A stretch of DNA of 64,000 nucleotides from Eledone cirrhosa (lineage: Eukaryota). How positions within the stretch are numbered: the first letter of the stretch is position 1; every line of letters begins with the position of its first letter. The DNA is taken from the NCBI GenBank assembly GCA_964016885.1, contig OZ024746.1, positions 82,956,001-83,020,000 on the forward strand. Direction: 5' to 3'. Under the pieces are notes generated by a model, which made no database searches, was not told the DNA's origin, and saw nothing but the letters and a program-made list of their open reading frames with translations. The translations under genes were made by a program, and so were the position numbers. Shown in pieces: positions 1 through 17,097 of the stretch.

Positions 1-52
1 TGAGATCCGCCGTTCTTTCCAGATACGTTCTTCCTTTTAATTGGTCGGCCAT
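1..52 (-). CDS. Possible start of a coding exon running off the window edge (MADQLKGRTYLERTADL...)
   Basis: ATG at 52-50 in context aagtcgATGG, open for 17 codons to the window edge, within non-repetitive sequence (1-700). No homology recognised. Confidence 0.15.
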   Translation of the reverse strand, partial: MADQLKGRTYLERTADL

Positions 53-614
53 CGACTTTCAGATCGGTCACAAGGGGATGCTTTCATTTGCTAATTTGAA
101 CGATCACAGCCGTGGAAAAATAGCATCAGACTACACATCTGTTGTTGTTGTTGTCTGTTGTTCTTGTTCTTCTTCTTGTTCTTGTTGTTCATGCTGCTTG
201 TTCATGGCGATGCAATGGTTATGTAGAAGCGGCGGCTTTAGTAGTCATTGACTTAGCTATTTGAAACATTTATAACACATTTCCTTCCAACCGCCGTTCT
301 TCTAGCCTCTCCACTATCCACACGCCTCACTTTTCTTCGTTCCCACTTTCCTACCTCCACTTCTTCCTCCACTACCTCTCTTCTTTCCTTCTTTACTTCC
401 TTCCTTCCTTCACCGACGTCTTTCCGTATTCTTATGCTAATAGCTTAATCTAGCTGAAGCGGTTTCTTGCCGTTTTTTCGCTGAATACTAATAAGACTTT
501 AGAGCTGCCGCTTTTACTCTGTTCAATACGAACGAGTAATGGCGACCAAATTGAAAATTAAATTAGCAAAATTGCGATCTTTTTCATCTAAAAATGCAGG
601 TTAATCTCTGGATG

Positions 615-682
615 ATGATTGGTTGTGTTGATTCGTGTTGATGAAATGCTACGTCACAGGCGCACGGTCTTTATATAAAAGC
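615..682. promoter_or_regulatory. Candidate promoter cluster: ATTGG (reverse CCAAT), ACGTCA (CRE half-site), TATATAAAA
   Basis: gattggtt at ~617, acgtca at 651 and ttatataaaa at 671, close together in unique sequence. Motif match only. Confidence 0.2.
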
Positions 683-1219
683 CTAATCGAATTTAACTAT
701 TGAATTATTCTAATATCTTTATGTCCAGTGTTTGGTGATAAGTGATAATGAATAGATAGATGCTCGATATAGAGTTCAGCCTTGCTTGCAAATAAAGACG
801 CTGGCTCTCTAATTCTCAATGTCTATATCTTTATAGCTCTTTATATCTCTCTACATCTCTCTATCTGACTCTCTATATATATCTCTGTGTATCTTTACAT
901 CTCTATATCTCTATATCTTTCTACTGCTGTATCCTTAGTTCTGTCTCTCAGCATCAATTTAGCTTAGCGTTTCACGAGAAAAAGTGATGTTTGTAGCCAT
1001 CAGTGGGTGGAAAGAAAGAAAGAAATAAAGACAAATAAAAAAAATTTAAACACAACAACAATAACAAGAAAACAAGAATATAATACCAAACAAAACAGCA
1101 AACAACAGTGCCGACCTTTCAATGTTAATTCTTACAAATATGAGCTGTTAAATGCCTGCAGCGGATCAAGCAGAACTGCAATTTCATCCGACTTCATTCT
1201 TTTTGATTTGGTTAACCAC

Positions 1220-1249
1220 ATACACACACACACACACGTACGCACGTAT

Positions 1250-1311
<62 letters not shown>

Positions 1312-1596
1312 ACATACACTCACACACATTCAGACACACGCTAAACAACGTAAAATCACACTACACATACAGCTGTATACTCAAAAACAAAGCAAGACGA
1401 ATCAGAAATATATTCACATACACACGCGCAACCACATATCCACATATATATTCATTCAAACACGCTTATATACAAATACACATTCATACAAAGGACCGCA
1501 TATGTATATGTATGCATTCACACATTCACACTAGTACATAGAAAAGGGCATTCACATACACACATATAATCTCTCTCTCTCACACACACACATACG

Positions 1597-1629
<33 letters not shown>

Positions 1630-1921
1630 AACCAAAGAAACCAGGGATGGTCACGGCTGGATTGCATTTGACCAATGTTTTGCTCGATCAGAGCTGATCT
1701 GGAGCTAAACAACAATATACACAGACACATGTGTGCACATAGACACATAGACACGTACGTAAGCACACATACAATCGTGTAATTAGCCTAACTTTACGGA
1801 CATCACGTTAGCTTCGTTTCGCAATGGTACTGCGCATGCGTATAGACTTATGCATGTAGATATCACGGAGTTTCTCACAAATGTACACACACATATGTAT
1901 ATATATATATATATATCTATA

Positions 1922-1980
<59 letters not shown>

Positions 1981-2072
1981 TATATACGTACATATATGCT
2001 TGATATATATATATATATATATATACACATACACACACAACCGCATACACCCCTCACATACACACGCGCACG

Positions 2073-2129
<57 letters not shown>

Positions 2130-2345
2130 TATATATATAAATATATATATAATATATATATTATACTATATATATATACGCATACACACTTACACGGCTA
2201 GTTCCATATGTATGAGATACATATAAGATGAAACGTGCATACACGCAGAATTACACATACGTTCACACACACATACACACACACAACACATGCATATACA
2301 CAGACACACAACACATGCACATACACAGACACACACACACACAAT
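1220..2345. repeat. Compound (CA)n/(TA)n microsatellite region
   Basis: Long CA and TA runs are directly visible. Confidence 0.95.
1630..1716 (-). mobile_element. Fragment of a second abundant dispersed SINE-like repeat (family B)
   Basis: Motif ...gatcagagctgatctggagctaaacaacaa recurs in degenerate form, in either orientation, near 8030-8110, 10530-10600, 11150-11340, 17285-17370, 20830-20970, 29220-29430, 46260-46350, 51140-51330, 57050-57200, 57400-57570 and 63840-64000. Confidence 0.6.
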
Positions 2346-2964
2346 GGAATCAACGTAGAAACATGATTTCTAACCATTCCTGTGGCAAAGTATTTTATTA
2401 TTCTCTAAATTGGATTTATTTAAAGATGGCAATTAGTTCACAGAGAGCTTCTCGGCTCTTTTATTAACTTACCATCTCTTCACTTCATTTCCCTGATTCC
2501 CACCAATTCTCGCTATTTATTTCCCCGATTACCTCTCTTTCTTTCTTTCTTTCTTTCTTTCTCGGTTTCTTTCTCGCTTTCTTTCTTTCTCGCCTTCTCT
2601 CTCTTCTCTTCTTACTCTCCGTCTTTCTTTCTCCTATGCTATCTAGCCTTCTGGCGATTGCCAATATTTATTTCCATCATTTTCAGCCATTTTCCATTCT
2701 CACGTTCCAAAAGCTTTTGTGGTTGCTGTTTGATGTTTTTCATAGCTTCACAGGAAATATATTACAGCAAAAGCAATTCTCTACATTACCTATCTACCTT
2801 TCTTCTTTCCTTCCTTCCCACCTTCCTTCCTTCTTGTCTACCTGTCTGCCTGTCCTTACGTCTACCTGTATGCCTACCCGCTTGCCTGTCTGCCTGTCTG
2901 TCTCTCTCTGAATGTCTGTCTGTATGTCTGTCTGTCTGTATGTCTGTCTGTCTGTCATTTCATC

Positions 2965-3998
2965 AAGCATACATACATCCTTGCATTCATGCAAGCGTAC
3001 ATGCATCCATCCATGCATCCATGCATACATACTTACATACATCCATCCATGCATACATACTTACTTACATACATGCATCCATCCATGCATCCATGCATAC
3101 ATACATACTTACATACATGCATCCATTCATCCATCCATATACCCATACATACATCCATCCATCCATACATACATACTTAGATCCATCCATCCATACATCT
3201 ATCCATCCATACACCCACACATACACACATACATACTTACATACATCCATCCATACATACACACATACATACTTACATACATCCATCCATACATACACAC
3301 ATACATACTTACATACATCCATCCATACATCCATCCATACATACACACATACATACTTACATACATCCATCCATACATCCATCCATGCATACATACATAG
3401 ATACATACACACATACATACTTACATACATCCATCTATCCATACACCCATACATACATACACACATACATACTTACATACATCCATCCATCCATATACCC
3501 ATACATCCATCCATACATACATACTTACATCCATCCATCCATACATCTATCCATCCATACACCCATACATACACACATACATACTTACATACATCCATCC
3601 ATACATACACACATACATACTTACATACATCCATCCATACATACACACATACATACTTACATAAATCCATCCATACATACACACATACATACTTACATCC
3701 ATCCATCCATCCATCTATCCATACACCCATACATACATACACACATACATACTTACATACATCCATCCATACATACACACATACATACTTACATAAATCC
3801 ATCCATACATACACACATACATACTTACATCCATCCATACACCCATACATACATACACACATACATACTTACATGCATCCATCCATACATCTATCCATAC
3901 ACCCATACATACATACACCCATACATACATACACACATACATACTTACATGCATACATCCATCCATCCATCCATACACCCATCCATACATACACTCAT
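2965..3998. repeat. Complex (CATA/CATC/CACA/CTTA) tetranucleotide satellite
   Basis: Tetramer mosaic with higher-order blocks. It explains the 477-aa His/Thr/Tyr ORF. Confidence 0.95.
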
Positions 3999-4105
3999 AC
4001 AGGCTTGCTAGCAGTTGACTCACTATCGATCATATGTTGGCCCTCTTCTGCATTTTATGGTGGAAGAAAATGTATTGCTTTCCTGTCATAGGTTCTCACG
4101 ATAAT

Positions 4106-4294
4106 TGTTTCTACTTTTGGCACAAGGCCAGCAATTACCCTAGTGCATTACTGGTACTTTATTTTATCGACCCCGTAGGGATGAAAGGCAAAGTTAACCT
4201 CGGCGGGATTTGAACTCAGAATGGCAAGGGCCGTAACTCTATGCTGGAAAGCATGGCGTCCGACCCTCTACCGATATTGCCAATCCACCGCCCT
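4106..4294 (-). mobile_element. Full-length tRNA-derived SINE (family A) with 17-bp TSD
   Basis: B-box gagttcaaatccc on the minus strand and core ctttcatcc..ggggtcgataaaataaaagtaccag. TSD taggttctcacgataat at 4089-4105 and 4295-4311. Confidence 0.9.
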
Positions 4295-4695
4295 TAGGTT
4301 CTCACGATAATGAGATCACTCACACCAGTATGGTAAGACCAAGACTCCTAGACACCGACAACCCAACAGCGGAGGACGAGACTCCTGAGGCCGATCGCAG
4401 AATTACGACTACTCACGTCTATACTGTAATTAGCTGTAGTAGTAATAACTACAGTATTGGTGGTAGTATGTATAAATCTATATCGCTAGTGTAATTAGCT
4501 GTAGTACTAGCAGTTTGACTGATAAAATATCATATTGGTGGCCTCCCCACAGCCCCGGCAGACAGAATGCAGGAGACGGCAAAGGAGACACTACACCTCA
4601 CTTTTGTTCTCACAAAAGACGAAACATCGTTGTGGTATTTGATTGTCGCAAACACTCTTGCAATGGAAACTGTCTGTTTGCGGTTCCAAACGTTT

Positions 4696-4906
4696 GGTTT
4701 GGCAGAATCTGTAGAGCGTCGGACAACATGCTTAGCGGCATAGAGTAATGGTCCCTTATGTTCTGAGTTCAAACCCTGCAGAAGTTAGCTTTGCCTTTCA
4801 TCCTTACGGAGTCGATAAAATAAAGTACCAGTAATGTACTGAGGTCGATTAATCGACATTTTCTTTCCTCCTTGTTGGCCTTCTGCCCAAATCAGAAACT
4901 ATTATT
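4696..4906 (+). mobile_element. SINE family A copy
   Basis: Same head, B-box and core; caaacgttt flanks both sides. Confidence 0.85.
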
Positions 4907-5135
4907 ACAAACGTTTCTGCGACACAAGTATCGCCTTCTAAATCTCTGAAAACCGTACAGCTAGCTGCAAACTCCCCCAAAATAAAATTATAACAAATGA
5001 TAAAAAAAAAGGTGACCAACGACTATAAACATTGCAGGTTCCTAGTAAGAGAATCCCTCTCACATGTTCATAAGTATACACATACTTAAAAACACACACG
5101 CACACACACACACACACACACCACACACACACACA

Positions 5136-5166
<31 letters not shown>

Positions 5167-5267
5167 GCACGCACACACACACACCACACACACACTGACA
5201 CATAAACAGACAACATTTACTATTGTATGTATATGAGTGCTTGTATATGTGTGTTTGTGTGCGTGTG

Positions 5268-5333
<66 letters not shown>

Positions 5334-5656
5334 CGCGCGCGCGCACAGGCTCTCCTTCGTTCGTTCTTTAACTCCTAAACTCTCTCACTCCTGGTCCTCC
5401 ATTTACCCCTTACATTAATTCTCTCTATATATCTTTCTTATTCTCTCCTCCCCCTCTCCTACTATATGATGTAAAGCGTGACATCTGAAATCAGACCAAA
5501 CAACCAACACATCGAGTATTATATTATGGAGATATTCTCCTTATTTACACATAGAGTTATAACCCTGACTACCTAATGAGTCATTGTGCACTCACAGTGA
5601 TTACATATAGCTTGATACAGCGAAATAAAATTATACTAGTTTCATGTGCATCAATC

Positions 5657-5753
<97 letters not shown>

Positions 5754-5788
5754 AAAATTGAACGGGAACAAAACAGAGAGGCAGTATG

Positions 5789-5862
<74 letters not shown>

Positions 5863-6090
5863 CAAGTAGGCCAAACTTTATTGAGGAAGTGTTTAAAGAT
5901 GTGTTGTAACATGATGCTATGAGATGGATCGCTGACTGCAGACACGAAGCTTCAAAACAAAAGGAGCGAAAAATGGAGAGACTCTATAGAAACCAATACA
6001 ATACCATCATTACATTACGGACACCAAAGTAATCTCCCATTTCATAGCTCCCTCTCCTCTCTCTCTCTTCCTTGCCTCATATCCCTATCA

Positions 6091-6162
<72 letters not shown>

Positions 6163-6869
6163 CCCTCTCTCTTTCTCTCCCATTCTTTTTTTCTGTCTTT
6201 TTCTCTCTAAACATTAAAACCCATTTTCAGCCGGCCTCTACCGGACACTAAACCCAACAATTGTCCAACCATTCTGCCAGGACATGATCAGTCCACTGTT
6301 TGGGACCTTCTTTCTACAGGCCTGGCACACTGATTCATTATATTAATTACTTTATCTCCCTTGAGCGCTAAAAGTGAGTCCTTCCTGACTCCAAATATAT
6401 AATTTAATCTTAATATTGATCTCGCTATTCCGTTTCTAATCATAACACTTCACAATCTGGGATCTGAAAATTCCTTAGAGCCCTTGAAATATATCATGTA
6501 GTGGTGGTGGTGGTGGTGGATGAATTTATTAAAGTTCATAAATTACTGCCATTTCTGAGAAAATGCTCACTTTTATAACACGAATAGGTTAAATTATGAA
6601 TCCTACGAATCTTACAATGTAGTTCTTCCTTTCTGTATTTATTTAATTTCATTCTTTCTATTGTCTGGACTGTAAAACGTGTCAGCCTTTCGACTCTAAG
6701 GTCATACATTTTTGATTCGTGACAGGAATTTATTTGGTGCCCCTTGAGCAATGCACTCAACTCTACTCGTCTGCAAGTAATAATTAAGAACCTAGAATTA
6801 TCTGAAAGAAAATAAATATAGACAGTATGAGATTATTTGTGCATTGCTGTGTTAGAGATCGGTAGCTTA

Positions 6870-7010
6870 GTAGGATCAGATGAACGTAGGATAAAACGCT
6901 TTGCAGTATTTAATCGCGTTTCTTTGCGTTCTGGTTTTGAATTCCAATCCCACCGAGGTTCTCTTTTATTTTCATACTTTTCTGGTCAATAAAATTGTAC
7001 CAGTCCAGTA
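6870..7010 (+). mobile_element. Degenerate SINE family A copy
   Basis: Diverged core ...cccaccgaggtt...ggtcaataaaattgtaccag. Confidence 0.55.
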
Positions 7011-7123
7011 GAGGAAGTAGAGGAGTCGAAGAGAAGTGAAAGGTGTGGGAGTTACAAGAATTTATTAATTCAATTATTATTATTATTACCATTATTATAT
7101 TATTATTACTTGATTATTTATCA

Positions 7124-7680
7124 CGACCAGCTTTGATGTTGTTTTAGGCAGGTTATTTTAGAGAACACCGGGCTACAACTAGTAACCTAGGGTAACTCCA
7201 ACATTTTTATATCATTCCTTGTCATGTCACTATTACTGGTAGTCTAGAACCTTTGTCAATATTCGAGTTGTTCCCAGCAGGCATAACCTCAGGAGCGGTT
7301 TAATCCCTTGTGCAAAGTCTGTTTTCAACAGATAGTTTTCAAGGTTCTTTGTCACCATGCCAAGAACACCAATAACCACTGGGACATGTTTCTTGTTTCG
7401 TTAAGGAATGCTGAATGCAGGGCTTTTAATCAAATAATTTTTTATGCTCCTTAGCAATCAGTTTTTGTATTTTCTGGGTCTCCATTTTTCTTAAATATGC
7501 CTTTCCTGACAAGAGTTTCTTTCTTATTTTGACAGATCATGTACGCTTAGCAATCCCCTACCCCTTCTTTCTTTTCCAATAGAACCTGTCTGCATCACCT
7601 TGTGGGTGCATACTTTGATAGATAGTGAGAATTTTCCTTGTTTTCCGATCAATTTTCTCCAACTCTTTTTGATATTTTGA
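7124..7680 (-). mobile_element. Degenerate, internally deleted non-LTR retrotransposon 3' fragment, R4/Dong-like (RLE type)
   Basis: Minus-strand translation gives DRKTRKILTIYQSMHPQGDADRF followed by a frameshifted GGRGL-like motif, then VPVVIGVLGMVTKNLENYL. These motifs are typical of R4/Dong/NeSL RT C-termini. The 3' end abuts a (TAA)n-like tract at 7075-7120. Confidence 0.7.
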
Positions 7681-8487
7681 CACTAGGCAATTAGTACAAT
7701 TAGACATTCGTTAATTAGACAAGCCAGTAGTCTGAAGCTAGCCTAGAAAAAATTCTCCATCAGAGTGGTTATTGCGACATAAGCCCAGACAAGGTCATGG
7801 GATTAAGTCGTTCGCTTCGCAACCACATAGTTTTCAGGATCAATACCATTGCGTAGAATCTTAGATAAGCGTTATCAACCATCTATAACCTTGCAAATAA
7901 TTCCACTGCGATTACCTCCCTTCACACCCAGGTCGACTATTTCGCCTTTCTCCCTTTTTGAGGCCGACACCACTAATACGGTTTTAAGCCGGATACATTT
8001 CGATGATGTAGTTAAGAAAAAAAGGTGAGCTGGTCATGGCCGGAACGCCACTGATCATAGTTCTGTTCGATCAGTGTTGACCTGGAGCTAAAGAGCAATA
8101 ACAACAACATCAACAAAAACAACAACATCAGTAACAAGAGCAGCAGCAGCAGCTGCAATATTGGTGCCTGTTTTCATATTGTATGTCGACTGTGCTGGAA
8201 ATGGTACGTCACAGCTTCCGTAGATAATCGATACATATTGATTCAACTATCGTCACTCAATGTATTCTTCAATCTATTCTTCAGAAATTCAATGTTAATA
8301 TCTCTATTAGTTTGGTGAGAAGGAGAAGGAAACAAAAATAGAAAGAAAATATATAAAAATAATGGAAGTATACCAGACGGATTAAAAATAGAATGTAATT
8401 TAAAACGCTGCATCTATGATATGTCGCTATGAGGAGTCTCTCCGGAAGAATTTATACAATGATCGATTTAAATTCCTTTGCATCTAG

Positions 8488-8524
<37 letters not shown>

Positions 8525-8689
8525 AATATATGTATGTTTGTATGTAAAAGTAGAGTGTACATATTATTTTAAGGATTCTCTACTCTACGGCTAATTTTTT
8601 ACCATTTCAATAGCAAATGGTTCATTTCCTATCAACCCCAAAAAGCTCAACCGTAAAGAAGAGAATCTTTATAATAATAATGTAAATAA

Positions 8690-9043
8690 TGATTTCTACT
8701 ATAGGCACAAGGCCAGCAATGTTGGGGAGGGGGAAGTCGATTAAATAGACTCCAGTGCATTACTGGTGCATTATTTTGTGGATTGGCAGTAATCGGTAGA
8801 GGGTCGGACGCCATACTTTGACGTATAGAGTTACGGCTCTTTACGATCTGAGTTCAAATCCCGCCGAGGTTGACTTTGCCTTTCATCCTTACGGGGGTCG
8901 ATAAAACAAAGTATATTACTGAATGCACTGGGTAATTGCTGGCCTTGTGCCTAAAGTAGAAACAATTATTTTATCGACCCCGTAAGGATGAAACGCAAAG
9001 CTAACATCGACGGGATTTGAACTTAGAACGTAAGGAGCCGTAA

Positions 9044-9046
<3 letters not shown>
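8690..9046. mobile_element. Nested SINEs: a plus-strand family A copy (~8778-8963) inserted into a minus-strand family A copy
   Basis: The outer copy is interrupted at attatttt and resumes with attatttt-atcgaccccgtaagg, so the octamer is duplicated. Confidence 0.85.
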
Positions 9047-9139
<93 letters not shown>

Positions 9140-9209
9140 GTACGTTATTCCGGGTTGAATCGGAGGTAACCACAGTAAGTAAGGTACTCAATACATTGCA
9201 GAGTATCAG

Positions 9210-9262
9210 GAGATTCCTGATGATTTCTAAAGAATGAAACAGTTCTAGTCCTGTAGAATCTC
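9210..9262 (+). ncRNA. Type I hammerhead ribozyme with degenerate stem II closure, in a TA-flanked insert (9139-9265)
   Basis: GAGAUUC CUGAUGA uUUC-uaaa-GAAu GAA ACAG-loop-CUGU A GAAUCUC. Stem I is 7 bp, the cleavage triplet is GUA, and there is a U-U at 10.1/11.1. Confidence 0.7.
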
Positions 9263-9265
9263 ATC

Positions 9266-9302
<37 letters not shown>

Positions 9303-9469
9303 ATGTGTGTGTGTGTGTGTGTGTAGGTATGTATAACTGGTCTCTCCTTCATTATGTTGTTGCTGTTGTGGTTCTTGTTGTTTAATTTCAGATCAGTCCT
9401 GAATGAGCACACCTATGATCAAATACGTTTCAAACATACTCAGAATTACACTGACAATCACACATATAA

Positions 9470-9565
9470 ATACACACAGCGATGCACATATATATACACA
9501 CAGCGATGCACATATAAATACACACAGCGATGCACATATAAATACACACAGCGATGCACATATAT
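9470..9565. repeat. 24-bp tandem repeat, 4 copies
   Basis: cacatataaatacacacagcgatg repeated. Confidence 0.9.
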
Positions 9566-10088
9566 TTGATTCAGCCATCAACCACCAACCAACCAACCAA
9601 CCAACCAACCTCCCATTCAATCGCCCATCCAGCCGCCATTACCTTATTGATAATAATAGTAAATAGAAGAATTTTGTATATGATTAGAATGAGTTTAAAG
9701 ACCAAATATTGACAATTACAGAAAAGCCGAGCAATTCATTATCTAATTGTCCATCATAGATTTTCTCGTTACAGTCGCTGCCAAAGACTTCTACGGAAAC
9801 ATAATAAAAAGATTAGAAAACAAACAAAACCCTACAGTTGTCAGTCAATAAAATACGATTTAAACTGATTACGTTCTGATGGGGTGAATAGGTCAAAACA
9901 GAGGGGGGAGGCAGGTAAACCGTTTGGTATGGGCCTACGATTCTCAGGGAGAGGAGGAGATATTTTTCGCAAGTTTTCGTTATTTTTCTTTTTTTTTCTG
10001 TCCTGTCATTTGTAAGTACATCGTGTACAATACATGTACATGTATATATTTGTAATTAATTGATGAGCCATATATACATACATACACC

Positions 10089-10171
<83 letters not shown>

Positions 10172-10219
10172 CACACACACACATACACACACACACATAT
10201 ATATATATATACAATACAC

Positions 10220-10300
<81 letters not shown>

Positions 10301-11122
10301 GATAGATATAAATTCATCATTGATTACAAAACAACTTAACGAGCTATATAAATGGGGCCAGCCTTTTACATCTGTTGTGAGCCTATTACCTGCATTGGAG
10401 CTCTATATTTCACATCTGGCCTGCTTATTATTATTTCACATCTGGCCTGGGCTTATTACCTGCTTTGCGTGGCCTGAAGGTGAGACCATAATAATCAGTT
10501 TTTCCAGAAATTACGATTTCTGTCCTTTTCGCTGTTTAGCCCAAGGTGAGCTCTGATGAAGTAGATCTATCAAAACAAACTCTCCACGACCTTATATTTT
10601 TAGACTATGAATCCATGATTCAATTATGTATCCATACAATTTTTGAGATGACAGAACAAGTTTTGAGGAATTCTGTTCAAAACCCGCCGATGTTAACTTT
10701 GCCTTTCAGTTTTTCTACAGGCAGGTGTGGTATATGGAGTGTGTGTATCTAAGATATGCATGTATAAGTCGCAAGGACATCAGATAGTATGTCCTGTGTT
10801 ATTCATTCCGGCTGTCCGTTCTCTGAGTTCGAATCGCGCTGACGTCATCATTTCTTTCTCTTCTTTGTCTCCTTCTTTGTCCTCTTCCCCCTCTTTCTCT
10901 CTCTGTGGAAGAAATAGATTGCAGATGAACCGTGTTATGTCAGTGCCCTTACAACCCCCAGCAAGAGACCCAATGTATGAATGAAAGTATATCTATATAG
11001 ATATGTGTTCGATAACTACAATCCCATATTCCAAATATAGCACATGTACTGGATTCGGGGACATTCTGTAAACAGCAACGGATTCTGGATCTGGAATATT
11101 TTGCCAATTTTACGACCTTCTA

Positions 11123-11155
<33 letters not shown>

Positions 11156-11424
11156 AGTTATTTAGCCCTAGGTCAGCTCCGATCAAGCAAAGACATACAA
11201 GATGGTTAATACCGTCTTTTATTCACACGTAGTTTCACCTGGACAACAGTATTTCCATTTTATACCCTTCAGTTCTAAATTCAGTTTTGATATTGAAGGA
11301 AATTTGGCTGTTATTTTTAATAGGTTCAATAGACCTCGATGAGGGTCACTAGTTTCCATGTTCTTCGACTTATGTAATTTGTCAGTTATAATATAGTGTA
11401 AAAGTTTTTACACTATATTATCAC

Positions 11425-12010
11425 GGTATATTTTACCGTTGTAATGTCTTAATCTTGTTATGTAGTATTCCACTGTTATATATACCCAGACTATGTTTAC
11501 CGTTGTAATGTCTTAATCTTGTTATGTAGTATTCCACTGTTATATATAGCCAGACTATGTTTACCGTTGTAATGTCTTAATCTTGTTATGTAGTATTCCA
11601 CTGTTATATATATCCAGACTATGTTTACCGTTGTAATGTCTTAATCTTGTTATGTACTATAGCATTGTTATATATATAAACAGACTATATTTACCGTTGT
11701 AATGTGTTAATCTAACCATATACAGTTGTAGTTATATATACCAGACTATGTTTACCGTTCATATGTCTTAATCTTGTTATGTAGTATTGACTGTTATATA
11801 TACCAGACTATGTTTACCGTTGATATGTCTTAATCTTGTTATGTAGTATTGACTGTTATATATACCCAGACTATGTTTACCATCGTAATGTAATCTTGTT
11901 ATATAGTGTTGTACTGATGTTCTGTTGTACGGTTGTAACGTCTTGTTATATACTGTACTGTTATATATAGACAGTGTATTTTTTACTGTTGGTATGTCTT
12001 AATCTTATTA
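11425..12010. repeat. ~64-bp minisatellite, about 8-9 diverging copies
   Basis: Unit ccagactatgtttaccgttgtaatgtcttaatcttgttatgtagtattccactgttatatataN; starts at 11486 and 11550 are 64 apart. Confidence 0.9.
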
Positions 12011-12291
12011 TATACGAATGTGCTGAACAAATTCTAGAAATTGTTTTTGTTTTCCAATCTTCTCTCTCTTATTTGTTATTGTTAGGTCGGCCATTGATAG
12101 GGAATGGAGCAAAATGTTATACTGTAGTTAGTTACCGTGCTTTTTAGAGTATAGAGACTAATAAAATGTGGTTGCATAACTACTATCAGTTAGTCAATAT
12201 ATCGATTTATCATGATCAATCAAGCTTCTGAAACGATCGTAGAATAATGAACTTATTAAGCTACAAATTTCGCCTTTTGTTTTCATTGTGC

Positions 12292-12467
<176 letters not shown>

Positions 12468-12544
12468 GGTATATTTAAAGAATATCTATTCTTTAATCTG
12501 GCAGCTGGATAGTTGTTGCATTAAATGTATCTAAATTTTGTCAA

Positions 12545-12586
12545 CTATTACCGGTTTCGATTAGTATATCAATCTTATCAAATATA
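12545..12586 (-). ncRNA. Minimal type I hammerhead, U3-A8 core variant, weak stem I
   Basis: Minus strand reads UAU UUGAUAA GAUUG-auauac-UAAUC GAAAC CG GUA AUA, with palindromic stem III ACCGGU. Confidence 0.5.
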
Positions 12587-12774
12587 AAAAAGTCTGTTCT
12601 TATATTTTGTAGTCAGTTATAACATATGCACATTTCCTGTCAACATTCCTTCTTATATATATATTACTTAATAAAATTACAGACTATCCAACGGATAAAT
12701 CTCAGTAAAGTGATCTAAAATAAAAAAAAACCAAACAAACTTCACAAGCATCTTAGCCTTACCCCCCCCCCCAC

Positions 12775-12847
<73 letters not shown>

Positions 12848-13011
12848 TTATGAAATGAGATACTCACTCGAAATCCGTTGATCGTGTGTAGTGAGAATCA
12901 TATTTCTGAAGTGTGCGTGGTATTATCTATTATAATCTATTATATTTATATATACCTATATGCTTCATATGTATATATATATTTATATACACATACATGT
13001 ATATATATAAT

Positions 13012-13058
<47 letters not shown>

Positions 13059-13111
13059 TATATATATATACAATCACATACATAGATAGAGTTACATAGA
13101 TAAGACATAGT

Positions 13112-13291
13112 TGTTTCTACTTTTGGCACAAGGCCATCAATTACCCAGTGCATTACTGGTACTTTATTTTATCGACCCCGTAAGGATGAAAGGCAAAGTC
13201 AACCTCGGCGGGATTTGAACTCAGACCGCAAAGGGAAGTAACTATGCTGGAAAGCATGGCATCCGACCCTCTACCGATACTGCCAATCCAC
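13112..13291 (-). mobile_element. SINE family A with TSD aagacatagt
   Basis: Full core; TSD at 13102-13111 and 13292-13301. Confidence 0.9.
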
Positions 13292-13759
13292 AAGACATAG
13301 TGTACGAAAATACACCTAAGCACACACAAAAACACGCACACAAAAACACATACACGCACAAAAACACACACACACACAGACAGTCACAGACACACAGCCA
13401 CACGGACACACAGACAGACATAGAGGCAGACAAAAAGAGAGATAGATTAGATGATATTAGATAAGACCAGATAGGAAGTTGATAAAGTGTACATTGAAAA
13501 CTCATACAAACAAACAATTAATCTTACTTTAAAACGCTTAATTTCTAATATGAAACAATGTAATTATATCAATTTAATTACGTTACAGAATGTTTTTTAT
13601 TAACTTTAATTACTATGCAATCATCCAACTAATTAATCTAAAATTTAATGATATATTGGTAGCTTAACGAGATTTTTCATGATGTTTTTCTGTGGGAGTT
13701 TCTCTGTATTACTGTATTTAAATATAATTAGGACTACCCTGACTTACACACATACATAG

Positions 13760-16687
<2,928 letters not shown>

Positions 16688-16869
16688 CAACAGATTAAAG
16701 TTTAAGCAAAGAATCGCATATATGTGTATATCTATGTGTGCGTATGTAATGAGAGTATATATATATACACACACATACATATATATCCATATATATATAT
16801 ATAATATATATACATATTATATATACAGTATATATATATATACTCGTATAAAAGTATATATATAATATG

Positions 16870-16966
<97 letters not shown>

Positions 16967-17053
16967 ATATACTCTCATTACATACGCACACACAGAAATA
17001 CACACATATGCGATTGCACAAATAAACATAGTGTTGACCTGAAAAGCTGCTTG

Positions 17054-17097
<44 letters not shown>

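Noticed and set aside
2658-4091. 477-aa His/Thr/Tyr-rich ORF
   Set aside because: Translation of a tetranucleotide satellite, open in several frames.
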